DNA from: Octopus sinensis | Taxonomy: Eukaryota | Assembly: GCF_006345805.1 (NCBI RefSeq) | Contig: NC_043003.1 | Location: forward strand, 80,414,001 to 80,478,000 | Direction of reading: 5' to 3' | Length of the DNA: 64,000 bases | Shown: positions 26,659 through 41,264 of the stretch, piece by piece | Position numbering within the stretch: the first letter of the stretch is position 1 | How the letters are laid out: each line of letters begins with the position of its first letter | Translations under genes and position numbers: made by a program | The notes under the pieces: generated by a model | Seen by the model: the letters and a program-made list of their open reading frames with translations, nothing else | Told to the model about the DNA's origin: nothing | Database searches by the model: none

Positions 26659-27124
26659 TCTGGGGTTGGCACTTGTGTTTCAAAGAATGTGTTTTACACT
26701 TCGTTCAAAAATTATAGTTCAGTCATTCCCTTTTCTCAACTACTAACTATCTGCATTCTATCAAGCGGCAATCCGCTCAATGTGGAATGGAGTAAAACAA
26801 AGAAACTTGCCGCAGAGACTCCTAACTCTTAGTTTTGCATAGGTGATAATTTACGCAGACAAGTGATTCTTATTTCTCCAAATGTGTTAGTGTGTGAATG
26901 ATTGCTTTAGAAATGGTCATAAATATAACTAACCACGACTGTTCTAAACATTTATGTGTTACCTGACCAGATCTCATAGGACAAAACCTAGAGTAATGAG
27001 GAAATGAATCATTCCCTAGGAACGAATATAACGTTCGTACGTGGAAGGCACGTCAACTTTCTAGTCAGCCTGCGGGGATGACAGATGATCTTTTTTAAAT
27101 ATAACTTACCTGCGTAAGTCAATA

Positions 27125-27370
27125 TAATGCGGCCATGCTGGGACACCACCTTGGTGAATTTTTGTAGTCGAGTGAATCGACTTCAGGACATATTATTTTA
27201 TTGAAGCCGAATAAAATAACCCTAATTAATGAAACCATTATTATATTTAAGGTTGATACTTATATCGTTTTTTTAGCCGAAACACTAAGTTGGAGGTAGG
27301 CAAACAAACTAGCACCAGTTGCCAAGCGGTTGTAGGAAACACACACGTCTATATAATACACACACACACA
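27125..27370 (-). mobile_element. SINE group B 3' half, degraded
   Basis: tgcggccatgctgggacaccacc...tagtcgagtgaatcgac, ending in (CA)n. Confidence 0.6.
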
Positions 27371-27399
27371 TCTATAACACACACACACACATATTTCCA

Positions 27400-28700
27400 A
27401 AAATGGTTACCGAGTTTCCTCTTAAATCGGTTTTAAATACCGGCTAGTTACAGTGAATGTTGGTGACTCTCGAGTATCACCAACATGACTCCGGTAATTA
27501 TTCACGCTTGATAAATCCGTATGTCCTTATCGGGACTGCATAGTTTCCAAAGAGTAAGTAATAGTATTAATAATGGTCAGGAGAACGAGGTTTTCCACAT
27601 CGGTAATTTTATAAAACAGTTATTTTCAGTTTATAAAACAGTTATTTTCAGTTATTTAGAGCATTTTTTGTGGACTTACGCGCGTTTCCACTGCATCACA
27701 TAGTTAGGTGCAGATTTTGGTGTTACTGTCAATAATATAAAGTTCAAAATGTAGTTTAAAGTTCTAAAGTCATATCAGAAGGCGCCGGATATTTCTATAT
27801 AGGTGTTAGTCCATTTAATGCGGCTTTGAGTAAATTAGTTTGGTCGCTAAAGATATTAAAATATACTCAGTTGGTAGATATAATTAGTAGTGCTAAACTG
27901 TATACTAGAGGGAATAAACGATGTGATATCTGTGTTGCGGAAATATACCAAATTTTCACTTCAAAGGGGAATCTGATAAACTCTAGACATGAACGTGGTA
28001 AAATGCATTCATATGAATAAATATACTTTTAATAAATTAAAATAAACGCATTACATATAATAAACAAGAAAATTATAACTTACTAGAAAAAGCATTGTGA
28101 AAATATAAAAGAAAAACAAATAATAAATCAAAATTAAACCAACACCTTAAAAATAAAAATTCTCTTCCACATGAGTAGAATAGTAAGCTTACGTTTAATA
28201 AATTCAGTTTCAAATAAAAGCATTATACTTAAAAGAGCAAGGAAATTATTAATTAACAGAATAGCAATTACAAATAATAAACCAAAATTAAATACATGGA
28301 AAAATCCTTCTAGAATGTGTTGGATGGTAAGCTTTATGATAATACTAATACTAATAATCCTGCACAATCCTCCTGACCTTGATTATTTTGAAAACTATAC
28401 TTAACTTCACATACCAAAGTAGCCGAGGTAAACCTTGGGTCAAGAATGATACAAATATATATACTAACACCAACACTTCCTGAAAGAAACTCTATTCAGT
28501 TAGCTTCCTGATTTCTTCAGATTAACTTTGAATGACAGTAAATAATGAATCCTGAAGATGTTACATCGAAAATAACACCAAAATGTGCACCTAACAGAGT
28601 GCAGTTCATACAGTTGAAACGCGTGTAAGTCCACGAATGAATGATGCAATAACTGTAAACAACTATTTAATAAAATTATGTAGATCTCCGTTCTCCTGAT
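27400..28700 (+). mobile_element. Penelope-like retroelement remnant (GIY-YIG 3' end plus downstream terminal-repeat-like region)
   Basis: QNVV*...EGAGYFYIG, LSKLVWSLK, AKLYTRGNKRCDICVAE, NLINSRHE match PLE GIY-YIG endonuclease. Downstream CTGAAGA...GAAACGCGT motif at 28552-28625. Confidence 0.75.
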
Positions 28701-28733
28701 CATTAATAATACTATATATAGATATACATATAT

Positions 28734-28887
28734 ACGACGGGCTTCTCCAGTTTCCGTCTTCCAAATCCACTCACAATGCTTTGGTCGACTCGAGGCTATA
28801 GAAAAAAGCACTTGCTCAAGGAGTCACACAGAGGTTCTGAACCCAGGACCATGTGGTTGAGAAGCTTGTTACCAAATAGCCGTGACT
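28734..28887 (-). mobile_element. SINE group B head
   Basis: Matches 6078-6244. Confidence 0.75.
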
Positions 28888-28926
28888 GGGTTAGAACTTT
28901 GCATAAGATGAAGAGGAGTTGTGTAT

Positions 28927-29153
28927 TTATTTCTATAATGCCCACAATGGGCTAAACATAGAGGGGACAAACAAGGATAGACAAAGGAATTAAGTTGATG
29001 ACATCGACCCTAGTGCGTAAATTGTACTTATTTAATCGACCCTGAAAAGATGAAAAGCAAAGTAGATCTCGGCGGAATTTGAACTCAGAACATGACGACA
29101 GACGAAATATCGCTAAGCATTTCGCCAGGCGTGATTACGATTCTGCCAGCTCG
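28927..29153 (-). mobile_element. SINE group A1
   Basis: Full-length diverged match. Confidence 0.85.
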
Positions 29154-30115
29154 TTGTGTATTGTCAACTTCACTCTCACGTCCAGTGGCAAGAGCAGGTC
29201 AGAACGACTTGGGATGGAAACTGATTTAATGGATGACCAAGAAGTCTTACTTGCCTCATCTTCCTGTCCATATTCCACAATTCGTTGCTCCTACTACTTC
29301 CCTCTCTACTGAACAATGAATGTTTCCTCCGCGGTCTCCGCCGGATCCAGTTTTCATAGGCATATGTAGGTAAGCCATAACATTCTTATCCATTGGTTAT
29401 CCTCCTCTGCTTTAGCCCATCCCTCGATGCGGGTTACTGTTGATTGCAAATAACCAGGTAGAGGTCAAAGTGCCAGATAGAGGTGAAAGCCGAAGAGGGC
29501 GACGTGTACTCCTTTCACACGGGCCGCCCCTTCCTCATACGCCATTTACCACAAAGTAAAGTAAACACATAAACACACACTGACATGCATGTTCACACAA
29601 ACACACAGAGACCTACGCGCTGCACGCATATATAAACGATTGTAGCTAGAATCACCGGCTGTAGGGGTCATTTGTCCGAACCAGAAAACTACCACGTGAA
29701 TGGAATTAGTTTATAAGTGGGCGAGTATTCAACAGACACATAATTCTCAGAAAAAATCATCGCGACATCACGTGCTAATGCTAGAAGTGTGAATTTTGTG
29801 TAGAATTAATCTCGACAGAGTCCCATACTGTTTCTATCTACCCAGTTTGAGTCACACGAGGCCGAAGGGAATAACAATCAAGTACCACGGTGCTCCCAAG
29901 GACAGATACACAGCTGAATCGAAATCAGTAATTTATGGTTAAGAAGCGATATTTTAAACAATTCAGCCTTTGTACACATCTTACATACTCCCATCTCCCG
30001 CATTCTTTCTCTTTCTTTGTGCGTTTATAAGCCCCTGCCTTTGTCTGTCTGTCTCTCAGTTTCTCTCTCTTTCTCACTCTCTTTCACTTCGTCTTTGTGT
30101 GAGTAAATATATATG

Positions 30116-30161
<46 letters not shown>

Positions 30162-30202
30162 CGCGCACGCGCGTGTGTGTGTATGTGTGCATGTGTGTGT
30201 AC

Positions 30203-30234
<32 letters not shown>

Positions 30235-31099
30235 ATGTGAATTTGTGTGTGTGTGTATACTCACACAAAAGTTTATATATAATACTTTTATTTTTTCACA
30301 TATATGTATATAATTCATGTAATACATCTATTATACATATCTCTCTCTATATATACGTATGTATATGTTCATATATATATAATGTGTGTATGTGCGTGCG
30401 TGCATGCTTTTGTGTGTGTGTATATGAGTGTGCTTATTCTTGTCTACATGCACTGTATTCAGTAAAAACTGAAAATATTTGCGCATCCTATCAGTTTCAT
30501 CACCAATATACAGAGGCATCAAGAGAAATATACAACTAACTGAAATATCGGCCAGTCTTTCATACACAGGCTCACAAACATACACACATAAACATATATA
30601 CACACGTGCATGCAGACACACTCACACAACACACACACGCACATGCACACACACACACATACACACACACACACACACACGGGTATTGATTCATAGAGCA
30701 CAACTGGTGATAATATATTAAACTCTTCCTTGATATTATTTGAAAATTATTTTTATCTTCTTTGCTGTTAGATTATTAAAGCAAATTCACTTTAGTTTTC
30801 AACAAGTATCTTTATAACGATCTCATGTTTGTTATATACACTGTAGCTCTTTATTATGAATAGACTTGATTTCAATATTAGGTCTTTTAGCAAATCGGAT
30901 CGAACTGTTTTTTGCAATGGCGTCTCTGGAAGTAAACATGAAATACGGAATTGTAATAATACATCGATGATTATGATGACAAGATGATACTTCAAAACAT
31001 TCTTTTGTATTAGGAAATTAAATGTATTTTTTATACGAATATCTTTCCGCTGTAAGTATATGTAGAGCGAAATATTGCTAGATTGAAAACAAAAGGATT

Positions 31100-32650
31100 T
31101 TCTACATCTAAATATTGAAGTAGTGATGTGAACTGAGCAAAGAATACAAGGATGTTACAGGGATGTGGTGGTGTATAAATATTAGAAACATGTTACAATT
31201 AAATTGTGTTTCGAGTAGCATGGTATGTAAAGGATGAGAAAAGGAACTGGGTTTTGAAGGAGCTTAGAAATATAAAGAATAAAATTCGTTCCTCATACAA
31301 GGGTGTATAATGTATTCTAGAGAGGACCCCTTGTAGAGAAATGCTATTAAGAAAATTACATGGATGAAGAGTTAGAAATTTGTTTCGTGGGGTAAAAAAA
31401 GCAAGGACATTTGGGAAAGCGAAAATATGCGAGGTGGGGGATGAAGAGTTCTTGGCTTTGGGTGAAAGAAAATGCAAGGGGAACCGTTATGATTTTATGC
31501 AACATATTTTCCTCTCCGATTCACACATTTATTGCAGAGGCCCTTCAGTTTTTCTAAGCCCTGTAAAAAAACTTGGAAGTTTGAACCTCCAGCCTGGCCT
31601 TTCGCAACACCCCTAAAGCCAGAAATTTTTCAGCATCTCCTCGTATAGTAGTGAAACTATAAGTGTATGTATAACTATAAGGCTACAGATATGTAGATAT
31701 GTGTATTAGGGATTAATAAATACAGGGTAAGATAAATTCGTACGTGTTTCAATGCGTGGGTTTTAAGAGAAGTAAGATTGAAAGCATAAATAGGATTTCT
31801 ATTTCTGTTTTATTATATTTCATATGGTTGATAAAATAAAACAAAGCAGAAGGGAATGCTTGCGGAAAGACTGTCTCTGTACTTATATGGATCATCGATA
31901 GAGGGAAAGGAAAGATATATGAAAGAAGAGAAAATCTATGTTCAAGCAATCGGAAAAGAGCAATTGTAGCAGGATTGTAGGGAAAAAAAGGGAGAGAATT
32001 AGGAAGTAAAGAGTGAAAAGATGGATTAACAAGAAAACAAAAAATAAAAGATTGGTTAACAAAACAGAGAGTGGATAGAGGAGACAAGGAGTAAAGTAAA
32101 TTGAAAACAGAATAAAAAAAAAAGGCTAAAACGCTGAATGGAGGAAATAGAAGGGCAATTAAATGTAGTGGAACAATTTTTAGTGAGAGCAAGAGAGACG
32201 TATATAAACAAGGAGATAGAGAGAGAGAGAGAGAGAGTGGAGAGAGATGGGGAGAGAGATAGAGAGCGAAAGTGAAAGAGAGTTAGGTAGAAGGGGTGAG
32301 AGAAGAAGTGTGATAAAGAAATAGTTGAAGTAGGAAAGTATGGGGCTGATATTCGAACAATGTGAGTTAATATAAGATTGTTGCTAAAATAGAATATGGG
32401 TGATTGATATCGTGGAATGGAAAGCAGGCTTGGTATCAAAGAGTGGAATGTTATTTTAATGTTAGTGTAGCTCAGATGGGAAAGTAACGACAGGAAATAT
32501 TATTGTCTGTGAAGTAAAGAAAGGATTGATAGAACGCAGAAAGAGAAGGAGGATAAGTAGTAAGAGGAGGAGGGGGAGCAGGAGGAGCAGGAGCAGGAGC
32601 AGGAGGAGGAGACAAGATTTGTTGCAACAACAAATGACCAGCCACAACTG
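31100..32650. repeat. Purine-skewed (G/A-rich) low-complexity region with (GA)n and (GGA/GGAGCA)n
   Basis: Strong plus-strand purine bias; minus-strand ORFs are L/F/S-rich artefacts. Confidence 0.7.
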
Positions 32651-33563
32651 TAATATTGCTGGTGTTTGACCGAGTTTTAGATCAGCAGCATGAAAAAAGG
32701 AAGAAAAAAAGAATATACTATTAGAAATAACGATTAATTTATTACGGTTATTTCCTTTATTTTCTCTGTAATAGAATGAGAAAAGAAAATAAAAGAAAAG
32801 AAGAAAGAAAAAGAAATCCCAATTGTTGATAATATAATCAAAGCAGGCGGAGAAACAAATCGTATTAATATATTGTAAAAAGTAAAGATATGTATCAATT
32901 GGAGAATATATTAACGTATATTTATAGTGAGGAATATTAAAAGAGCATAACTAAAAAGTAGGTATTAGTTGAAGGCTGCAGCTCTAATATGATAATATAC
33001 ACGATAAAATATAAACGTTGATGCTAGTGTTACGACGTAGCAATAATGAACGAGGTTATGATAAAATCAGCCGCCGTTCTTAGTTGCTGTATAATGTAGT
33101 AAAGTTTAAAAATGTCACTGTTAAAATTCTATACAATAAGTGGAATAGACAGTCATAGAGTGCGTGTGTGCACGATGGAACTCACACCAATGTAAATTAG
33201 AAATGAATAAACAACAAAAATAAAAATAAAAAGCAACACATGTATATTAAATAGAATGCCCCCTACCACCACACACATAAAACTTGAAAATATTGATATA
33301 TAACTGAACAGCGTGGTTTAAGTCACGTGAGGTATATAGGAATAGGCGCGTGTGTATGCATGTGTGCTTGTGTGTGAGTATTTTTCTGTTTGTGTGTATG
33401 TGTATACTTGTATGTTTATATACATGCCTTCCTCTCTCTTTCTTTGTCCCTCTGTGTGTGTGTGTATATATATACATATATATTTATATATATATACAAA
33501 GTAAGATAGGGGTTATGAGGGTAACCCACAATGGGATATCAGTTATATATATATATATATCAG

Positions 33564-33626
<63 letters not shown>

Positions 33627-34312
33627 TCACATTGAATATAAATGTATATATATATACATTCACATTCCCACACACGTACACATACACACACGCTCTCTCA
33701 CACACGCACGCACGCACTTACTAAGGAGATAGAGCTATAATCCAAGCTGTGTATTCATGAAGCACAACGGCATATTCCAGTTCTCCAAAGTATATTTGTA
33801 GATGTTATGATTTATATGAGAGTTGAAAATAATAAAGGATACTATTAAATATCGGAGAATGTTTATTGGTGTGTAATTATTTGTTAAAATAGAAAACTAG
33901 GAATTTTGATTATCATTGATTCCGTATGACGTGTTTCAATTCTAATAGGTTTTAGAAAGCCATGCACATAGACAAGCATGGAAGGCATACTCTCGTCAGT
34001 AATTCATCAGGCCGAGAATTAAGATAGCGCGCGTGCGCACACACACGCACACACACAAACACACCTCTATATATATATATGCGTGTGTGTATCGTTGTGA
34101 CTGTGTTTGTACGCCACCAACGTTTTACATGCGGTGTTAGCGAATTTATGTCCCTTCTCATCTAGTGGTCCGTCAAAAGTTTCGAGAGAATGTGGGCTAG
34201 GTTAACAAAATTAGGTACTTATTTAGATTCATAGAAACTAAAATTCTTCAAGGCGGTGCCTCCCCATGGTCGCAAAGTAATGACTAAAATACATATATGT
34301 ACATACATGCAC

Positions 34313-34403
<91 letters not shown>

Positions 34404-34425
34404 CGTATATATATATATATATATG

Positions 34426-34460
<35 letters not shown>

Positions 34461-34462
<2 letters not shown>

Positions 34463-34721
34463 AAGATACCACCATACTAGTTATAGCAGACAAAACTTGA
34501 TTCTAAAACCACATTATACGTTCATACAGCACCACAGAGAAAACTAAGATGCGGCAAAGCATTTCTTATGCAACGCCAGAAATCAGAGATCTGGAATTAT
34601 CCAATAATTTTTTTACTAGTACATTTTTGTCTCTTTGTCTTCTCTCCTAGTGTTGTATGAACATATAACGTGGTTTTACACTCAAGTTTTCGCTGCTATA
34701 TCTAGCATGGTGGTATATTTT
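34461..34721. mobile_element. Foldback MITE with long TIRs
   Basis: 34461-34530 versus reverse complement of 34652-34721: 60/70 identical, ungapped; weaker pairing continues ~25 bp inward. Confidence 0.8.
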
Positions 34722-35912
34722 AGAAACACTTAATTATAATTTTAATAATAATTATTACCTATGAGGTTTTTATTCCCATGCTAGCCACTTGATATGATCG
34801 ATATTTTAAATAACGATCTTATCCTTATTCATATATATATATATAGACAGCAGCCATGCTGGAAAGCCGCTTGAAGGGCTCTTTTAGTCGACGAAATCGA
34901 TCGAAGGACTTATTGTTTATAGGCCTTATATTAAGTTACGGGTACACCAGTGTGTAAACACATGAACACCAGTTGTCTATCTATGTATATATTTGGCTTC
35001 TCAGGGCAAAAGCGGTTCTTCTTATTACTAACGCACGACGCTTGGACATAACGCACAAACCTTCTTATAACACCTTCCAGGTTCCATCTCTCACCATTCT
35101 CATCTTCTTTCCTCTGTTTTCCCCATCCTTTTGTCTCTCCTCTTATCATCTTTAAGCTTCCACATATTATATATATAACTTACACCCCCTACACAAACAC
35201 AACATGAATATTTACTGCCACATAAACACACATGCGTGCCTGCAAATACTTACATATATACTCACACGTCTACTCGCACACTCATACGTGCACAGAAAAA
35301 AACACATACGTACATACAAACACACACACACGCACACACGCAATTGCACGCACATATAACCCAGCCTCACGACCTCCCATCCTCTGACTTCTTGACCCTA
35401 GTGCTACGAACTTGTTAGATCAACCCTCACACGCACACACACCTAAGCACATACGCATGCATATACTACCTTCCAGTGCAACACTCCCTAATATACAAAC
35501 ACACTACTGCTACCCGCACATGCATTCGTGTATATATAAACATACATACAAAAACAATATCATATGCACACGTATTCACTCCACATACATGAGTACTACA
35601 CACTTACTCTACTCACTCAAACACACTCGCGCACTTTTGCATACAGATACACACAATGGCTATTTTGCACTCTCCTCCTTTCAAAAACCCCATTCTATAT
35701 CCCTCTTCAACATCCAGTCAGTTTCTATATTTTGACCACGTAAAAACACAAATATTTTTCTCCGGTCTATTTGCTTCTTCCTTTTCCACCTCTTCCCTGG
35801 ACTTTTTCTCTTATCCGACAAAGAGACACACTCGAAAGCTCATTTCTACTTCTATTCTCGCGTCGAATAGGCTTTTATCGTTTTTGCCATGGATTTTGGT
35901 CTTGTATTTCCC

Positions 35913-35956
<44 letters not shown>

Positions 35957-37039
35957 GACCTCAGACACAAAGGACAAATCAACTGCTTTAAATATTCGTA
36001 TCACCAACGGAGCCTAAATATTTACATTTATTCTCCTTCTCTAGCTTTGGCTGAATGAGATTAGAAAAGAGTCTATGTAGTGTCGAAAATACTAGAATGT
36101 TGTGACGGAGAAAAACACATAAGTATTATTATAATAGAAGATTATCTTTCTCGTATCTCCTCATCCTTGTGTGCATGCACAGCCTCTTTGGGTACTACGG
36201 AGACACAGTTTTTCGCCACAGTCAAGTGTAAAATACTCGCTTCTGATTGGCTAAAATACTCAAATTTTTGTAAATTTTAAAGGCTAATAACATTTTAATT
36301 GTGGATTTATAGGGAAAATGAATTTCATTTTGATAATTAGTACACAAAACGCAATCCACTTATCACATTTGAAAACAATTGGAACAAAATTGTAAACAAT
36401 GACGAAAACCTCAAAGATTCCATAATAAATATCATTTATAATTAAAAATATAATAGTATAAATTTTCACAAATTTATAAGCTATAAAATCTATAGAAATA
36501 TATAAAAGGATGTATAAAGGCATAACATTACAAAAAATAAAATATAAGAATTCAAAAGATATAATGTGTAATTAATAAATATGTAATAACAGAAACTATA
36601 AAAGCAATGAAAATAAATAAAAGTGTATATAAAGGCATAAAATATAAAAATACAACACATAAAAAAATTATAAAATATGAAAAAGTTAAACATTTATTTA
36701 GTAAAAACGTATAAATGATGGTATAAAACATATAAAGAAGGATATAAGTTGAGATAAAATAAAAAGATTTTTTAATAATGGTACTGGTATATAGTAAAAG
36801 TTATAGCCACGATATTATTATTTATGCAACATAAAATAAATTATAAATATATCAAATTTTAATACAAAAGCAAAATTACATTTGGGAATGGGTTTTACAA
36901 GATATATCTAAAGTACAGAGTAATTCTAAAGTTTTGTCTCTCTCTACCGAAAAGCAATAAGAACAACAGAGGATCACTATTATAATATGAAACACATGTA
37001 CTCGTTTTAGTATATTCTCTTTCATTGACATTGACATTT

Positions 37040-37300
37040 TCATACATCGAGAAGGTCTGTATGAACACCATCATATTCGTGGCAGAAAATGATGCGGCGC
37101 CATGTCCCGTGATATTTTATAAAGCTGTGCTTTGGTGATTGTTGCAAATGCTGCTGAAATCGCCTCCTTCAACTGTTGGGTATTCTGGTATCGCTCTTGC
37201 GAAATTCTCACCCTGTACATAAAAAAAAAATGAGCGAGGTATAATAGTAACAGATCTTGGAGGGAATATTTTAAATTTAGGGGAGATGCGAATTTTAAGA
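37040..37300 (-). mobile_element. Tc1/mariner transposase C-terminal fragment (different family from 4067)
   Basis: YSLQDLLL (~PRSPDL)...SQERYQNTQQLKEAISAAFATIT..., typical of mariner/Tc1 C-termini. Confidence 0.65.
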
Positions 37301-37516
37301 ATTCACTAAAAAAATATATATATTTCAATCATGATAGAAGACATTCACTACTGGAAGGGGTAAATACATATTGTAATTGTAAATCGGGGCTAAGGGTCAC
37401 TATAATGCATTATTGAATAGGTTTCGACATCACAGAGGGTAGGCTATGAATGATATGGACTCCGGAATAACTTAGGTCACCAAAAATACAATATGATATA
37501 ATCATTAAATCATTAA

Positions 37517-37563
<47 letters not shown>

Positions 37564-38181
37564 TATGAATAATTGGAGTCAACAAGAAGGAATATAGAGG
37601 AACGCTTATTTATAATCACTACAATCGTTTCCAGGTCCGCATTTATATAGTTATATACCCGTTTTCCTGCATCATGAGGTTTTGTGTTTCATCAGGTGAT
37701 ATATAAATGTTTTATCTGTGTTACATGAACTCAAATACTCGGCTTTCAGCACATCCTTTCTGTCTGCCGTGGTTTGCGTGGTTACAACCACCTCGCAAGC
37801 TACCACAGAAAGGATGCACTCGAAGTCGAGACTTTTAGTTTGCAGGACACAGAATCAATATTTATATATATCACCTGATGAAAGACAATATCTCATAATG
37901 CAGGGAAGTGATTACATAACCAAATACCTGCGAGCATGGAGAACCACGTTGCAACCAAACAAGTGTAGTGATTATAAATAAACGTTCCTCTGTATTCCTT
38001 GTTGACTCCAATTTATTAAATTATTCATTCACACACTGCAGAAACCCCAACGCAAATCTGGTAGTAGTTATAGCACCGGGTGAAATCTGAACGTTGACCA
38101 GCTTTATACTGCACTCTACTACGTTCTTAACAAAATATGACCTAATCTATGTGTGTGTATAAGTGTGTGTATGTGTGTGTG

Positions 38182-38223
<42 letters not shown>

Positions 38224-38899
38224 TGATAACACCTAAAAGAAGATGCTATATTTCCATTCACATCAGTGAAAGTAGCTTTGGTCATGAGGAACTGATGCCA
38301 TCAGACGGTATCCAACATCCGTCGGATATGTCGCTGCTGATTCCTCGTGGAACAATATCGATGTTTGAAAATGTCTTCTCACCGTCTTTAAAGGACTTGC
38401 ATGGAAATGAGAGAAAAGTAATAACATATACCTTAAAACTAAACTACTAATCTAATTTACGTAGCACGAATTGTAAAATTCCAGCCCCACAGTTTCTCAT
38501 GTATTTGTATTTCGACTCTGGCTCTAAACATTTTCCCCACCTCGGATTTGTAAGTGGAAGGATCCAAGTTTAGTATCAAAAGCTGAGGAAACAAATACTC
38601 GCTCACCTTGTTTAGGAACCGGTTTACGTGTTACTAAACCTAATAGAAATAGAAGCCAGATACTCCGCATGGAACAATGCTCAATTGACTCTTAAACGAT
38701 AAGATTTATTAGATAATTATTTCGAACTGCGTATTCCCGGACAGATAAAAGCTTCGACAGTATGACCAAAAGCATCAGACTGTTGAATACATGTCCGTGT
38801 AAACTTGAGAGCTAAACAATCATTTCTAATTTAAGGATAGGTCCGCAGTTTTGAGAGAAATAAAATAATGATAATAATAGTCATGATTTTATGGAATTT

Positions 38900-39110
38900 A
38901 GACATACGGCCAGCAGTTTTGAAAGACGGAAAATTGCAGAATGTGGTTAGACGATTTCAGCGACACTACTACGCGACTGGTACTTAATTTATCGATCCTG
39001 AAAAACTGAAAGCCACAGCAGATCTCAGTGGATTTTGAACTCAAAACATAAATCCAGACGAAATGCCAATTCGCATTTTGTTTGACGTGCTAACGGTCCT
39101 GTTAGTTCGA
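38900..39110 (-). mobile_element. SINE group A2 (A head, alternative tail), degraded
   Basis: gactggtacttaatttatcgatcctg...ttttgaactc...gtgctaacgg. Confidence 0.65.
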
Positions 39111-39969
39111 TGATTTTGGCGACTAAATAGCAATAAGTATAATTGTTTAATTTCCCCAAAATATGAATTTAACAAGAAAACAATTATTAGTATCGTTTAA
39201 GATCAGTGGTCGTTATACCGTTACGGGTTGAAATTAACACTGCAAGAATACAGGATCAAATAATGGATTGCTGTTAGTGCGATTGTTATTGGTGTCTACT
39301 TTGAATTTAAACAGAATTTAATAAATAATAACAAGCAGTTATCCTGTATTTCTTGAGAAAATTGTTACTATGGCATCTAAGATTTAATACACATTAATGA
39401 TTTCTTTTGAAGTCATTAATGCGTATTAGATCATAAATATCATACTTAAATGAAAACAATATTAAAGCAATGACTGTATTAATAGTAATATTAGTTGTTG
39501 TACTAGATTTTATAGCAAAAATCTAATAGCAACCATTACATTATTATTTTATTTATGGCATTCATAGACATTTAATTTCGCAAAGACTGTATTACATATC
39601 TGTGAGTATTTATTTGTGTTGCGTATATTTTAATAAAGAATATAAATCAGTGATTTAGATTTTTCAGATTAAAAGTGAATGCTGCAAAAGAGAAAATAAA
39701 TAAATAAATAAATAAAAATATCTCTTTGGTATTAAAGGCATAAATGAACAAAAGGTTGTAGCTCATTTCATATAACTGGCTTATAAATGAAATTTCCTGA
39801 AATATATCTTTGTATTAAATATACAGAGGGAAAACCGATCCTTTATTCATTAATATATAAAATGAACATGATTAAATGAAAATGCTAATATAAATAGAAT
39901 TATTAGTAGAAAGTTTTCATAAATTCTATGAAATTTCTCTCGTTTTAATTATTAGCATTATAGGTCTTC

Positions 39970-40276
39970 CTTATGATAGAAGTAGTAGTAGTAGTGGTAG
40001 TAGCAGCAGCACCTGCAGTAGCAGTAATAGTAACTGTGGTGTTCGTGGCAGTAATTGCTGTCATCGCAGTAGTAGCAATGCCAGTGGTACCGGTGGTGAC
40101 GATAGTATTAATAGCGGTTATTGAGGTGAATGTTTTGGTGAAAATAATAATAATAGTAGTAGTAGTAAAGAAGAAGAAGAAGAAGAAGAAATAGTAGTAA
40201 TAGTAGTAGTAGTAGTAGTAGTAGTAGTAGAAGAAGTAGTAGTAGTAGTAGTAGTAGAAGAAGAAGAAGAAGAACA

Positions 40277-40322
<46 letters not shown>
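39970..40322. repeat. Degenerate (GTA/GCA)n grading into pure (TAG)n/(AAG)n trinucleotide repeats
   Basis: Directly visible. Confidence 0.9.
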
Positions 40323-40684
40323 AACCAACTTCAGGTTAAGTTCTGATCGATTTCAGTTTATCAGAATGTCACTTCAAACGAGGGAAGAATAACATCTTTA
40401 AAACCGGAATACTTTATACTTTTTGTTGTTCAATATTTTCTTCAGACTTAAGATGTGATTAAAAAAAATATACTGGCTATTAAATTTACCAACTCGAATA
40501 TCCACGTCAAGATTCCATAGTTCTGTTATACTAAGATACGTATAGCGGCTTGTGTCTATTTCTTAATTATTCCATCTTTACATATATTATTAAGTAGAGA
40601 CTGCATAAGGGGGAAAATCAGCCCTCGCAAAGCGAATAAAAGAAATCTTAACCCAATGTTCTATGCTATTATTTATAACTTTAA

Positions 40685-41115
40685 CAAGGCAACGAACTAG
40701 CTGTTTCGACAGCGCATGGGACAAAATTCTCAGCAGCAGTTCGTCCGTCTTTACAATCTGAGTTCAAATGCTGCCGAGGTCAGCTTTACCTTTCATCATT
40801 TCGGGGCCGATGAAATAAGTACCACTTAAGCACTGGAGTCAATGTACTCGACTAGTCTGCTATCCAACAATTTAAGACCTTGTGCCTATAACAGAAAAGA
40901 TTGTGTGTAACCTTAGGGTGGTGGGCTGGCAGAATCGTTAGCACATCCGACAAAATATTTAGCGGTGTTTCTTCCGGCTTTGCATCCTGAGTTCGAGTTC
41001 GACTTCTCATTTCACCTTTGTGGTGTCGATAATATAATTACTTGTCAAGAGCAGGGTTGGGTGTAATCGGCAAACCACCTCATCCGCAATTTCAAGCCTT
41101 ATGCCTATAAAAGAA
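40685..41115 (+). mobile_element. Two head-to-tail SINE group A2 copies, degraded
   Basis: ctgagttcaaatgctgccgaggtc and ggctggcagaatcgttagc heads; ccttgtgcctata-type tails. Confidence 0.7.
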
Positions 41116-41264
41116 AAAAATTATTTATAACTTTATTTGTTTCAAGATTCACTGTTCCTTATTTTGTAACTAAGACCTTAAAATTTTTCCTAAGTGTTAT
41201 CAGAAACTACCTGTTAAATAGAAGACTAAATGCAAAGTGATATCAGTATAAATGTGTAAATATT

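Noticed and set aside
31749-32647. Hydrophobic ORFs resembling membrane proteins
   Set aside because: Complement of purine-rich low-complexity DNA.
39945-40328. Poly-Tyr/Phe/Thr ORF
   Set aside because: Trinucleotide repeat artefact.
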